In this document: positions 55,701 through 64,000 of the stretch, one piece after another
Position numbering within the stretch: the stretch's first letter is position 1
Layout: each line of letters starts with the position of its first letter
Assembly (NCBI GenBank): GCA_963827235.1
Contig: CAWHAE010000016.1
Span: 288,001 to 352,000 of the forward strand
DNA from: an uncultured bacterium
GTDB taxonomy: Bacteria; Chloroflexota; UBA5177; JANWHV01
Length of the DNA stretch: 64,000 nt
Direction: 5' to 3'
Made by a program: the position numbers and the translations under genes
Notes under the pieces: generated by a model
Told to the model about the DNA's origin: nothing
What the model saw: only the letters and a program-made list of their open reading frames with translations
Databases searched by the model: none

Positions 55701-56760
55701 GCGATCGAGCCAACGGCAGCGGAATGGCATCCATCGCCGATTGTGCAGTAGCACTCTCGCCGCCGGGCAGCGGCGACCTGCGTTCTTCGCCGGCGACCGA
55801 GCCGTCCGAATGACGTGCCGTCGTTGCGTTGGAGCGATACTCGTGCACCTGCGCCTTCGCCGTCCACCGATATGGTGCCTGACCCATGTCGGCACCGTCC
55901 GTCTCGATAACCGGACGCCGTTGCAGCCGGGCGTCGGACTCGGGTCCGAAGTGAGCGGAGGCGTACGCTGCCAAAACGGCGCGTAGCTCGAGGCCTTCGC
56001 AGAGCACACTCCGCACAGGCATGCCCGTCCAGGTGACGATGGACCGAATCGTATCCTCGTCGAGCGCGTGCTCGCATCCGAGTACGATGTGACCGTCCTC
56101 GAAGCCCCAGGGGGCGATGGGCTCCACCTGCCAGCGTGCCCTCACGGACGGCGGCAGCAGCACACAGAGGGCAGGCTCGAAATCCGCGTCCTGCGGCAAG
56201 AGATGTGGCAGACCCTCGAGAAGGCCCAGAAGCTCAGGACCCCAACCGTTGGCCAGCCCTTGAAGTGCGGACTCGACTGTCTCTGTTCCTGGCCGACCAG
56301 ACCCGTCCACCGGGTCGGCACGGGCATCAAGAACATAGCGAAGACCGCAGTCGTTGACCAGCCTCCAGAGGCGGGAGAAGCGCAATGAGTACGACGCGGC
56401 ATCGCCGCGGCAGTTCGCTCTCGCCAGCTCAACCTCATCGGCCGAAGCCAGCTCCAGCTTCACCGGCCGGCTGAGCGCGCTGGCCAGCAGCCTCTGCCTC
56501 TGCTCCAGCCACGCAAGGGGCGTTTCCCCGGCTGCATCTGACACGCCGACTGCCGGCGAGGCCGGACCGGCGGGGTATCCAGATGCCGACACGGGCGAGC
56601 CTTGGTGATCCGGCTCAGACGGGATAACCGTCGCGATTGACAGCATCTCTCCATCATCGCTGAGCACTACGGCGTTCTGCTCGCTCGCCAAAGCATCTGG
56701 CAGAACGCGCTGAAGGCTGGGAGTCGAGTGACATACCTTCCAGCCACTCTCAAGCATCAT
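52726..56760 (-). CDS. Membrane GT2 glycosyltransferase with multiple N-terminal GspE-N/MshEN domains
   Basis: Catalytic motifs YDAED, TEDADLG, RQRSRW. MshEN motif QLGERLLLSG...RLGQALIHL...LAEQ. Confidence 0.9.
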   Translation of the reverse strand: MMLESGWKVCHSTPSLQRVLPDALASEQNAVVLSDDGEMLSIATVIPSEPDHQGSPVSASGYPAGPASPAVGVSDAAGETPLAWLEQRQRLLASALSRPVKLELASADEVELARANCRGDAASYSLRFSRLWRLVNDCGLRYVLDARADPVDGSGRPGTETVESALQGLANGWGPELLGLLEGLPHLLPQDADFEPALCVLLPPSVRARWQVEPIAPWGFEDGHIVLGCEHALDEDTIRSIVTWTGMPVRSVLCEGLELRAVLAAYASAHFGPESDARLQRRPVIETDGADMGQAPYRWTAKAQVHEYRSNATTARHSDGSVAGEERRSPLPGGESATAQSAMDAIPLPLARSLSIVPVMSDHDVLTLGIAARHPEAEAIRRAISRLTGARVRLHEMSPDRLQGAQARHYRETDAWRLQALWRGRKAADGATGARRGGATTRESGPQHTTPSVRLEYYAVKPELVQLISRNLLEALCAVPLRRDGHVLWVAMAAPSGEICRALARASGMVIRPVAAADEAIRSRLRAFAVSSRALNIYAAHPVIGFLQHQGRLVGVNLLQYLDGPEAGADQALVNAGVLDYEEFAELASRLCNLPRVNLRHTGKLDEVYFETESRVRIDLPHVPVDPAVATMVPLGMARSRGVLPIRREHVSVDVEAASVGQPSSGLQGSCIVVAVADPCAPEVHSAVASLSPAICRLTVAPRPEILAAIARSSGSAQLGERLLLSGVVSEEELERAVALHASSGVRLGQALIHLSLITQEQLAYFLAEQLDLPFVGLKGIRIDEDLARRIPEQDERRLGVLPLYEAGSILVAVMPDPLDVVAREEAETLLGLPIQPMICTEEDFEAALESLYRDLYLERSSTELAVRSPEESAARVVTRSQTVTFAAAGVVAIALLWRAPVVLGVGLAAICTLLYAAFSFYRGYLIYRSLSHDLEIPVGDDELAALDDVDLPVYTVLVPLYREAAVLPALVAGLARLDYPPTKLDVKLLLEEDDMSTRGAVAAMQLPAFVHPVVVPAAHPRGKPKACNYGLIHARGEYVVIYDAEDVPEPDQLKKAVIGFRKVPADVVCLQAKLSYYNSDQNWLTRWFSIEYSMWFDLFLPGLDASGAPVPLGGTSNHFKVSYLLEIGAWDPFNVTEDADLGVRLFRRGWRTAVIESTTYEEATSEVYNWIRQRSRWVKGYVQTYLVHMRHPVQFCREVGLKAFLSFNIVVGGTFFGLLVNPILWCLTALWYSSHAHLIRELFPAPIFYLGGLSLVLGNTAFVYLNVAGCLRPGMYDKVKFALLSPLYWALMSLAAWKGFIQLWFKPFYWEKTIHGLYRVTNHSGSTSPLTAPATSAQQVEVA

Positions 56761-56790
56761 GAAACCTCGCTTCGCACCAGTAACAGCGCA

Positions 56791-56937
56791 TCACAGCCGC
56801 TTGCGCCAGACGTACCGTGCCACCAGCATGCATAGCACGAAAGCGCCGGCAACCGGCGCGGGATAGGTGAACAGGCTGATCAGCAGAAGGCAAAACGCGC
56901 CGCTCCACACGGCAACACGTGCGACCACACCAATCAT
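56791..56937 (-). CDS. Possible small two-TM membrane protein (true start unknown)
   Basis: Hydrophobic stretch MIGVVARVAVWSGAFCLLLISLFTYPAPVAGAFVLCMLVARYVWRKRL between co-directional genes. Confidence 0.35.
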   Translation of the reverse strand: MIGVVARVAVWSGAFCLLLISLFTYPAPVAGAFVLCMLVARYVWRKRL

Positions 56938-57112
56938 CTCCGGAATCAGAAACCAGTCGCTTGTCCGTGCTGTTGAACCGCGGCGGCCACGAGCCGCATC
57001 AGATACGGGTATCGGCGCGACCGGCCGTATCGCCAGGCGCGTCCGACCGCCATCGAGTGAACGAGAGTCCTTCACGGCTCCTTGGCTCCTTGTCCCCGAC
57101 ACCGTATGCCGG

Positions 57113-57919
57113 TTAGTCGCCGACTTGGCCGGCGCCGTTCGCCGTCTCGACGTGCAATGGCATGGCGCCAATGGGAAGCTCACCGGCGCGGCCGTATCCG
57201 CCGACGGCAGTCCGGAGACGAATACGCAGCAGGTCGGCGACCATGCGCAGCGTGTCGCGTCCGGCTCGTACCCGAGAGTTGGCGTCAAAGTACCAGTCGA
57301 TAGCTATCTCCTCGACGCGGTAATGCCGCTTGCGGGCGAGATAGAGGATCTCAACATCAAAACTGAAACCGTCGAGCGTCTGTCGAGCGAACAGATCCCG
57401 CGCCACACTGCGCCTGAAGACCTTGAACCCGCATTGCGTGTCCTTCAGTCCACTGATCACAAGGGTTCTCACCAGGACGTTGAACACCCGGCTCATGACG
57501 CGCCGCTTAAGCGGATCCTCGAACAGATGCGAGTCGGGCAGCGCTCGAGAACCGACTGCCACGTCACAGCCACGCTCGATCGCGTCGAGTAGACGGTCGA
57601 ACTGGTCGGCCGGCATTGACAGGTCTGCGTCGCAGAGCACTACGCGCTCGAAGCGGGCCGCCAGCATACCGGCCCGCACGGCAGCACCCTTACCCCGGTG
57701 CGGGCGCGAGAGTAGACAGAGCCACGGTCTGTCCGCCGCGAGACTGCGAATCAGCTCCGCGGTGCCATCGGAAGATCCGTCGTCTACGACGAGGACTTCG
57801 AAGTCGCGCCCAAGGCACTCGCCATAGCGCTGGAGCTCACTGATTGTGTTGGGAAGACGTTGCTGTTCATTGTATGCCGGGATGATGATGCTGATTCCGG
57901 ACCGCCGTTCATTGTTCAT
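57113..57919 (-). CDS. Polyprenyl/dolichyl-phosphate glycosyltransferase (GT2, DPG-synthase-like)
   Basis: IIPAYNE, VDDGSSD, GKGAAV, DADLS, DTQCGFK, FDVE. Confidence 0.92.
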   Translation of the reverse strand: MNNERRSGISIIIPAYNEQQRLPNTISELQRYGECLGRDFEVLVVDDGSSDGTAELIRSLAADRPWLCLLSRPHRGKGAAVRAGMLAARFERVVLCDADLSMPADQFDRLLDAIERGCDVAVGSRALPDSHLFEDPLKRRVMSRVFNVLVRTLVISGLKDTQCGFKVFRRSVARDLFARQTLDGFSFDVEILYLARKRHYRVEEIAIDWYFDANSRVRAGRDTLRMVADLLRIRLRTAVGGYGRAGELPIGAMPLHVETANGAGQVGD

Positions 57920-58296
57920 TTGTTCCATTCAGGCGAGTACAACACGTGTATCGCCATCTCCTTTCCCCTGCTTCCGGCAGCCCACAGGTTCGTAACGCCT
58001 CTACCAGGTGTCGGCTACTCCGCACTGCATGCGAGGCCAACAACCGGGGGCAGAGGGGTGCATGTGAAGCACAGCTAGCTTCGTCGCCTCCGTGGAGCGG
58101 AGTGCTGTTCCAAGCACTCTCCACGGTCCGTGCCCTGATTCAGATCGTAGTCGGTGACTCACCTGGCGAGTAACATCCAGGCTGTATAGTCATGGGGTCC
58201 ATTCGGATGCAGATTGGAAGGCTCGTGCTCGCAGCCCGCGTACCAGCAAGGTGCGAGCTCTACAGTAGAGATCCTGGCAAGACTACGCGAAGAATC

Positions 58297-58962
58297 TCAG
58301 TTGATCAGTCCTAGGCGTACGGCGATCGCCACGGCATGCGTGCGGTTGGTGGCACGTAGCGAGCTGACCAGAGCCTGGATCTGCTTCTTGGCGGCCGGCT
58401 CAGCCATGCCGCGCTCCAGCGCAATCTCCCGATTGGTTCTGCCTTCGGCGAGCAGTTGGAGCAACTGCGTGTCCAGCTCGCTGATCTGAGGCGACACGGC
58501 CTCATCCGCCAGCTTTGAGCTGGGCCGCTGACGATTCATCGCGCCCGTGGTCAGCGCCTGCCGAAGCACCGCGGCATCGACCATCAGGCCTCCCGCGGCC
58601 ACTGCGTGAATCGTATGCACGAGCAGGTCTCGTGTTACATCCTTCAAGAGGTAGCCGCTGGCGCCGACCCGAATCGTATCCATCATCAGCGTATCGTCGT
58701 CGTAGTTGGTCATGATAATGATGGACACGGCGGGCGCTTCTGCTTTGATCTGTCTCGTAATATCCAGCCCGTTTACTCCGGGCATGCGTATATCCATAAG
58801 CACGACGTCGGGGTGAAGCTGGGAAACCAGCTCCAAGGCGCTCCGACCATCGCCGGCATCGGCGACCACGGTGATCGTCTCGCATTGCTCCAGCACCCGA
58901 CGTAACCCTTCACGGGCGACTGGGTGGTCGTCGACGATGAGGACGCTGATCATTTGTTGCAT
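58297..58962 (-). CDS. NarL/LuxR-family response regulator
   Basis: VDDHPVAREG, VLMDIRMP, C-terminal LuxR-type HTH. Confidence 0.93.
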   Translation of the reverse strand: MQQMISVLIVDDHPVAREGLRRVLEQCETITVVADAGDGRSALELVSQLHPDVVLMDIRMPGVNGLDITRQIKAEAPAVSIIIMTNYDDDTLMMDTIRVGASGYLLKDVTRDLLVHTIHAVAAGGLMVDAAVLRQALTTGAMNRQRPSSKLADEAVSPQISELDTQLLQLLAEGRTNREIALERGMAEPAAKKQIQALVSSLRATNRTHAVAIAVRLGLIN

Positions 58963-59412
58963 TCTGCCTCGTCAGCACACCGTTGGTCAATCAGGCCGCG
59001 CCAGGCCTTGAGTCCCGGCGGGCAATCATCGGATTCATGGGCGGCCGCTTCCGGCTCTGTACCCTGTTCTCGGTAGCCCGAATCCATTTCTACGTCCGAC
59101 ATCAGGCTGTAGCTATGTCGGGCTAATGCATTTTGCAGGCTGGCAAGACATCGCGTACCCGGCCTGCCGAGGTCGCGATGTTGGCGCTGGATGGTGCACT
59201 GCAGAGCTCTAAAGCATTGCTCTGGGTGGCAATTCGAGTAGACGAGGAGTCAGCCGTATAGCGGTCGGCACCGCATGTGAGGCCTATGCTACATCATGCG
59301 CAACGCCACAGGAAGATCTGACCAGCATATACATACCGGTCTACCAGGATAGAACGAAGCGTTCGGCAGCAGGTCCATCGGAAGCGCGGCGAAGCGGCGG
59401 GCGAGGCAGATT

Positions 59413-60147
59413 CTAGTCTATGACGCCCAGTCGCATGGCTATCACGGCCGCGTGGGTGCGGTCCGAGGCATAGAGCTTCGCGATGATCTCCTGCACATGC
59501 TTCTTGACAGTTACCTCGGCAAAGCCAAGCTTGTCGGCAATGGCCTTGTTCGTCTTGCCCTCGGCCATGAGCCTGAGGATACTCTGCTCTCGGCCGGTGA
59601 GCGATTCGATCGGGGGCATGGATGCCGGTGAGGGCAGAGTCTTCTTCTTCACCGCCGTGTCAGTGTCCTGCTGCAGAGCACGTTTCAGCAGTGAAGCCTT
59701 GACGAGGATACCGCCGCTGGCTACCGCCATCACCGTATGGAGGAGCAATTCCCGGGAACTATCCTTTACCAGGTAACCGCCCGCTCCGGCGCGAACCGCG
59801 TCCAGAACGATGGCCTCGTCTTCATACGAGGTCATCATGACTACCGAGACAGTCGGATGCTCGGCCTTGATGCGGCGAGTTGCCTCCAAGCCGTCGATGC
59901 CGGGCATCCTGTAGTCCATGAGCACGAGGTTCGGCCGTAGCTGGGCCACCAGCTCGACTGCCTCTCGGCCATCCCGGGCCTCGCCAACCACCTTGACAAG
60001 TCTGCTGGTCTCCAGCATAGACCGCAGTCCTTCGCGTGCGATCATGTGGTCGTCGGCAATCAGGACGGCTACGCGCCCATCCAGTGAGCTCGTGGACTCA
60101 TCCTCGCCCGCGCCGTCCTGGGCTCCCTGGCTATGCTCAAACGTCAT
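59413..60147 (-). CDS. NarL/LuxR-family response regulator
   Basis: ADDHMIAREG, VLMDYRMP, LTGREQ...TNKAIA...TVKKHV. Confidence 0.95.
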   Translation of the reverse strand: MTFEHSQGAQDGAGEDESTSSLDGRVAVLIADDHMIAREGLRSMLETSRLVKVVGEARDGREAVELVAQLRPNLVLMDYRMPGIDGLEATRRIKAEHPTVSVVMMTSYEDEAIVLDAVRAGAGGYLVKDSSRELLLHTVMAVASGGILVKASLLKRALQQDTDTAVKKKTLPSPASMPPIESLTGREQSILRLMAEGKTNKAIADKLGFAEVTVKKHVQEIIAKLYASDRTHAAVIAMRLGVID

Positions 60148-60156
60148 GTTGCCCTC

Positions 60157-61782
60157 TCAACTCTCAGCGGCGACAAGAGCGAGGGGCAGCGATATGCGTA
60201 CAGTCGTGCCCTGGCCGGGTGTGCTGTGGACGTCGAACCGTCCCTGCAGCAGCTCGGTCCTGCGCCGCATACTGATCATACCTACCCCGCCCTCGAGCGG
60301 GCTCGTCCGCGGTGCAACAGGGGAGAAGCCAACTCCGTTGTCCTCCACCGTCACCACGAACCGATCGTATGCGCCGTGCAGCGTAACGCGGAATCTTGTC
60401 GCATGAGAGTGTTTGGCAATATTGTTTAGCGCTTCGTGTACGACCCGGTATAGGGCGGTCTCGACCGATCCCGCCAGATGCACTGCGTCGGCCTCGAATT
60501 CGGCTTCCATGCCCGTACGCTCGCCCAGGTCTCTGACGTCGTAGCGCAGAGCTGCTACGAGACCGAGGGCGTCGAGGCGAGCCGGACGAAGCGAGGCGAC
60601 GATTTCGCGCGCCTGGCGAATACCTTGCCGGACCAGATCGCGGCCTTTCTGGAGCCGTTCGCGCTGCTCCCGAGTGTCCTTGCCGTCGAGCTCGACCATG
60701 TCGAGGTAGTGGAACGCCGTTGCCAGCGTCTGGCAGATGCCATCGTGAATATCCAGACAGATTCGCTCGCGCTCCTCCTCTTGACCATTGATGGTCGCCT
60801 CGAGCAGCAAGCGTGTTTGCCTGTCCCGAAGTGCTACCAGGTCCGTGATATCTCTCGCCGAGATCAGCGTGCCCATCGCGTATTGAGGGTCGGGTAGAAC
60901 GCTTATCGAGGCCTCTAGATACCGCCAGGAGCCATCTTGACGCAGCGCCTGAAACTCGAGGGGCGATCCGCCGCCGCCAGCGTCAAGGTTGTTGAGCCAC
61001 TCGATTGCGGCAGTACGGTCGTGTTCGTGCACGAGCGACAACCAGGACTGTCCAACCAGGTCGGCGGGCTCATAACCCAGTATCGCCTGGGCGGCAGGAT
61101 TTGCGTAGCTAATGGTGAGCTCGCGATCGACGATCAACACGAGATCGGAGACGCGCCTGACCACGGCGCTGAGATGCTCCTTGCTCAGTCGGACCTCGCG
61201 CTCGCTGCGTATCAACCCATCGACGTCCTGCAGAATACAGACGACGGAGGTCAGCAACCCGCTCTCCCGAACCGGGAAGAGCTGCAGCCGCGTCCACACC
61301 GGTCGCGCATTCTTCTTGCCCAGCAGTAGGGACAACGACGTAGACTGCCCTTCGGCAATGGCGGCAGCGAGGTTGGTGCCGGCATCGGGAGGCGCTGCCT
61401 CGCTCACGAACAAACGCAGACTGCGGCCTATCACCTCCTCCGCTGAGAAGCCGAGCAGTCTCTCGAAAGCCGCGTTCACCAACACTATGGGATGGTCGGG
61501 TAGCAGAGCGTCCAACACAGCGACGCTGACGCCTGCCGATGTTATCGCATGCTCGAGAGTCTGGAGAAGAGAGGGCCTGATCGGCCTGCCGGCAAAGGTG
61601 GCCACGCGGCTGGCGATCCGACTGGTCGAGACCGAGCTTGCGGGTGTTAACCCGAAATCCGGTTTCACCGGAGGCCGATCCTTAAAAAAGTCAGGTATAG
61701 CAATATCCAGGGAGACCAATGGCTCCTGTTTTGGCTCGCCCAGAGCGCCTGGCATGAGCGAGGCTGAAGGATCCTGATACAC
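60157..61782 (-). CDS. Cytoplasmic PAS-PAS histidine kinase (HisKA_3/NarX type)
   Basis: H-box EEERERICLDIHDG, EALNNIAKHS, DNGVGF, two PAS domains, no TM segment. Confidence 0.93.
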   Translation of the reverse strand: MYQDPSASLMPGALGEPKQEPLVSLDIAIPDFFKDRPPVKPDFGLTPASSVSTSRIASRVATFAGRPIRPSLLQTLEHAITSAGVSVAVLDALLPDHPIVLVNAAFERLLGFSAEEVIGRSLRLFVSEAAPPDAGTNLAAAIAEGQSTSLSLLLGKKNARPVWTRLQLFPVRESGLLTSVVCILQDVDGLIRSEREVRLSKEHLSAVVRRVSDLVLIVDRELTISYANPAAQAILGYEPADLVGQSWLSLVHEHDRTAAIEWLNNLDAGGGGSPLEFQALRQDGSWRYLEASISVLPDPQYAMGTLISARDITDLVALRDRQTRLLLEATINGQEEERERICLDIHDGICQTLATAFHYLDMVELDGKDTREQRERLQKGRDLVRQGIRQAREIVASLRPARLDALGLVAALRYDVRDLGERTGMEAEFEADAVHLAGSVETALYRVVHEALNNIAKHSHATRFRVTLHGAYDRFVVTVEDNGVGFSPVAPRTSPLEGGVGMISMRRRTELLQGRFDVHSTPGQGTTVRISLPLALVAAES

Positions 61783-62461
61783 GGCGACGCTCCAATGTCA
61801 AGGCCAACGACTCCATACGTGAGACACCAGCGCAAGCGGCGCCCTGCAAGCCCCTCCAAGACCTGACATAGGATCCTTGGAACTCAGTTCCGCAGGTATC
61901 AACGTGCTCTGCAGGTCCGCCCCTGCACGCCGATCCCGGCCTCTACGCCCTTCGTTAAGCCAGAAAAATCATTCCAATTAGATAATAGCACGACCAGCTA
62001 CCATAGCCAGAGACCACGCTATCAGCGTCAGTCCGGATCGGCGCCCGCCAGCTAGGCGGCGACACTGATACCCAGCTGGCACACTAATACCCGCGCGGCA
62101 CTCGTGCCAGGAGCCATTATGAACTGAGGAGACCGACCTAAGTTGACTATACGCTACAGTTCACTAGTGCGCAAGACAGGAGCATTCACCGTTGTACGAT
62201 GACGGCGGCGGCGCACACACGTGGTCGACAAGAGGATCCGGCAGCACGTGTGGTCGGCACTTGGCTTGCGGGTTCGCGGCAAGTATGTCTCAAGCCCCTC
62301 ACTCCCTGGCGCTGTGGCTGGGACGTCAGTTGCGGCCCATGCACGAGGTCGAGTACCGGGCGCCGTTCCTATCGGGAAGACGAGCTCAGTAGCTGCAGGC
62401 AGCCTCGGTTGTCGTCCGCCTGCGGCTCAGGTCTCTGCGTCGACGAGATGGCACCGGCCCT

Positions 62462-62983
62462 TCAGGTTGCGTTCTGATCGTGGCCTTCGTCCACGAGGCT
62501 CCAGACATCGATCACCGGACCGGCGTAGGCCGGCCGCCGAGGATGTAGTCCGTCATATGCTGCCGCGACATAGCCGCGTACGACGACGTCGTCTCCCTCC
62601 CGCATCGTCGACATGTCAACTGACTCAGGTATCGATAGGATGACCTCGCCTTCGCCGATCTCGCCGTCATACTGCCCGTTGAACTCCCAGCAGCCTACAT
62701 TGTTTCTACCGTCGCCCGTATCCTTGCCAAAGAAGTTGGCCAGATTGCAGGTCCACTTGACGGTTTGGTGCTCGTAGCGGGTCGGATACTTCGCAACCTC
62801 TGGATACGTGTCGTTTGTCACCTGGCTGTCCCATTGGTCGATAGTAGGCGTTGGCGTTGAGGCTGCCCCAACGGACGAGGACGCTCCCTGGCCTGTCCTG
62901 TCGAGCAGAACGATAATCGCGGCCACTACCATCCCAAGTAGGGCAACGATACTTGCCAGCCGGATCAGGCGCGCTCTAGGCAT
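62462..62983 (-). CDS. Membrane-anchored hypothetical protein (possible OB-fold)
   Basis: N-terminal TM, S/T/P linker, beta-rich domain ending EGDDVVVRGYV. RBS AGGAG. Confidence 0.65.
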   Translation of the reverse strand: MPRARLIRLASIVALLGMVVAAIIVLLDRTGQGASSSVGAASTPTPTIDQWDSQVTNDTYPEVAKYPTRYEHQTVKWTCNLANFFGKDTGDGRNNVGCWEFNGQYDGEIGEGEVILSIPESVDMSTMREGDDVVVRGYVAAAYDGLHPRRPAYAGPVIDVWSLVDEGHDQNAT

Positions 62984-63357
62984 ATCTCGCTCCTGGAATG
63001 TCCTGCTAGACCACGTGATCGCACGCCGAACGGCAAACGCGCGTAGCCCGGTCGCCGGCGTTCAAGTGCACCGGCGATCCCAAGTGGGGTACTGTCGACG
63101 AGCGATAGTGACGGCCAGGCGCGGCGTCGCACCGCGGTGCCCTGACGGCGGTTGCACGCCGCGATACCGAGGTAGTGCGAACGTTCGTAGTTGACATGCT
63201 GCTAGCCCGTTCCGCGCCACGAGTAGTAATGTGGCGTTGTGCACATGCAGCATAGCGACAACGTGTCGCTGCACGAAAGCGGGTTATCACGCATCCAAGC
63301 GCCCGCGGTGCCAGCCGGCTCTAGGAGTCGGAAGCCGTGTGGGTCGCCATTGCCCTC

Positions 63358-64000
63358 TTACCCGTCCGCGATCTCTGTGAGTGCGTCCGCCAGAGCCCGA
63401 GGTGTTACCGTCGCCGCGCCGAAATGCCGCACCACCAGTGCGGCAGCAGCGTTGCCAAGGGCAGCGGCTTCGGCGACCGAGCTTCCCGCACACAGCGCCA
63501 GCGTGGCCGTGGAGGCCACAGTATCGCCGGCTCCGGTAGCATCACGCACCTCGGCAAGATTATGCGCTGCCAGCTTCGTGAACTCGCCCCGGTCGTCCAG
63601 GGCAACCATGCCCAAGGCGCCGCGCGTGATCAGGATTCCTCTGGCACCAAGGCCGATCAGCAGCTCCCGGCACGCCTCGCGAAGATCGGCATCGCCGGCG
63701 AGCTTGCGACCGACGGCCGCTTCGGCCTCCGGCTGATTTGGCGTCGCCAGAGTAGCGCCCTTGAACCGAAACAGGTCGCCGTGCGCGTCTACAGTGCTGA
63801 CCAACCCGCCGTGCGCTGCATGATCGAGACAGAGCGCACTGATATCCGGATCGATCACTCCGTGCTCGTAATCGGACAGGATCACGCCCGTCGTATCCGG
63901 CAGCACGCGTTCCGCCACGCGGAGCAGGTCATCTCGTGCCCGCCCGGCTACCTGCTCCGAAACGATGCGATCCACGCGGACAATCTGCTGTTGCACGACC
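63358..64000 (-). CDS. PfkB-family sugar kinase (RfaE/HldE domain I-like), 5'-truncated by the window end
   Basis: QQIVRVD, ILSDYEHG, TPNQPE, DATGAGDT. Confidence 0.88.
   Translation of the reverse strand, partial: VVQQQIVRVDRIVSEQVAGRARDDLLRVAERVLPDTTGVILSDYEHGVIDPDISALCLDHAAHGGLVSTVDAHGDLFRFKGATLATPNQPEAEAAVGRKLAGDADLREACRELLIGLGARGILITRGALGMVALDDRGEFTKLAAHNLAEVRDATGAGDTVASTATLALCAGSSVAEAAALGNAAAALVVRHFGAATVTPRALADALTEIADG

Noticed and set aside
61783-62461. Long intergenic region with recurring CCAGCT words
   Set aside because: Spacing is irregular and the word is short, so it is compatible with chance

Overview
High-GC bacterial chromosomal window. Gene content suggests a soil monoderm such as Chloroflexota, but that is inference. 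It holds about 54 CDS; I found no rRNA, tRNA, CRISPR array or recognisable mobile element. Three loci stand out. (1) 1-17.9 kb is a co-directional cluster. It opens with a glgX-STAS-PP2C-RsbW block in the same order as the Synechocystis icfG cluster. Next come a MinD-like ATPase, a winged-helix protein, an NTT-like transporter and a HAMP receptor with no output domain. It ends in an enzyme cassette: GNAT, 2 DJ-1/PfpI, a ThDP enzyme, 7 SnoaL/NTF2 domains in 5 genes, a DHA2 exporter, a GMC oxidoreductase and a VOC enzyme. This is the best candidate for an undescribed carbohydrate-linked small-molecule and signalling system. (2) 28.3-36.8 kb is a putative metal locus: ChrB-N regulator, MFS, a small secreted protein with two Cys-bracketed DPDxDG loops, a NiCoT permease and a beta-propeller phosphoesterase, with a shared candidate operator. 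(3) 43-61.8 kb is a surface-glycan region: two GT-C enzymes, a diguanylate cyclase, GtrA, a 1344-aa GT2 with about five GspE-N/MshEN repeats, a polyprenol-P glycosyltransferase, and a kinase with a degenerate LOV-like domain plus two NarL regulators. The GMC and MMPL genes each carry a single-base frameshift that may be a sequencing error. All calls rest on motif recognition by eye; no searches were run.
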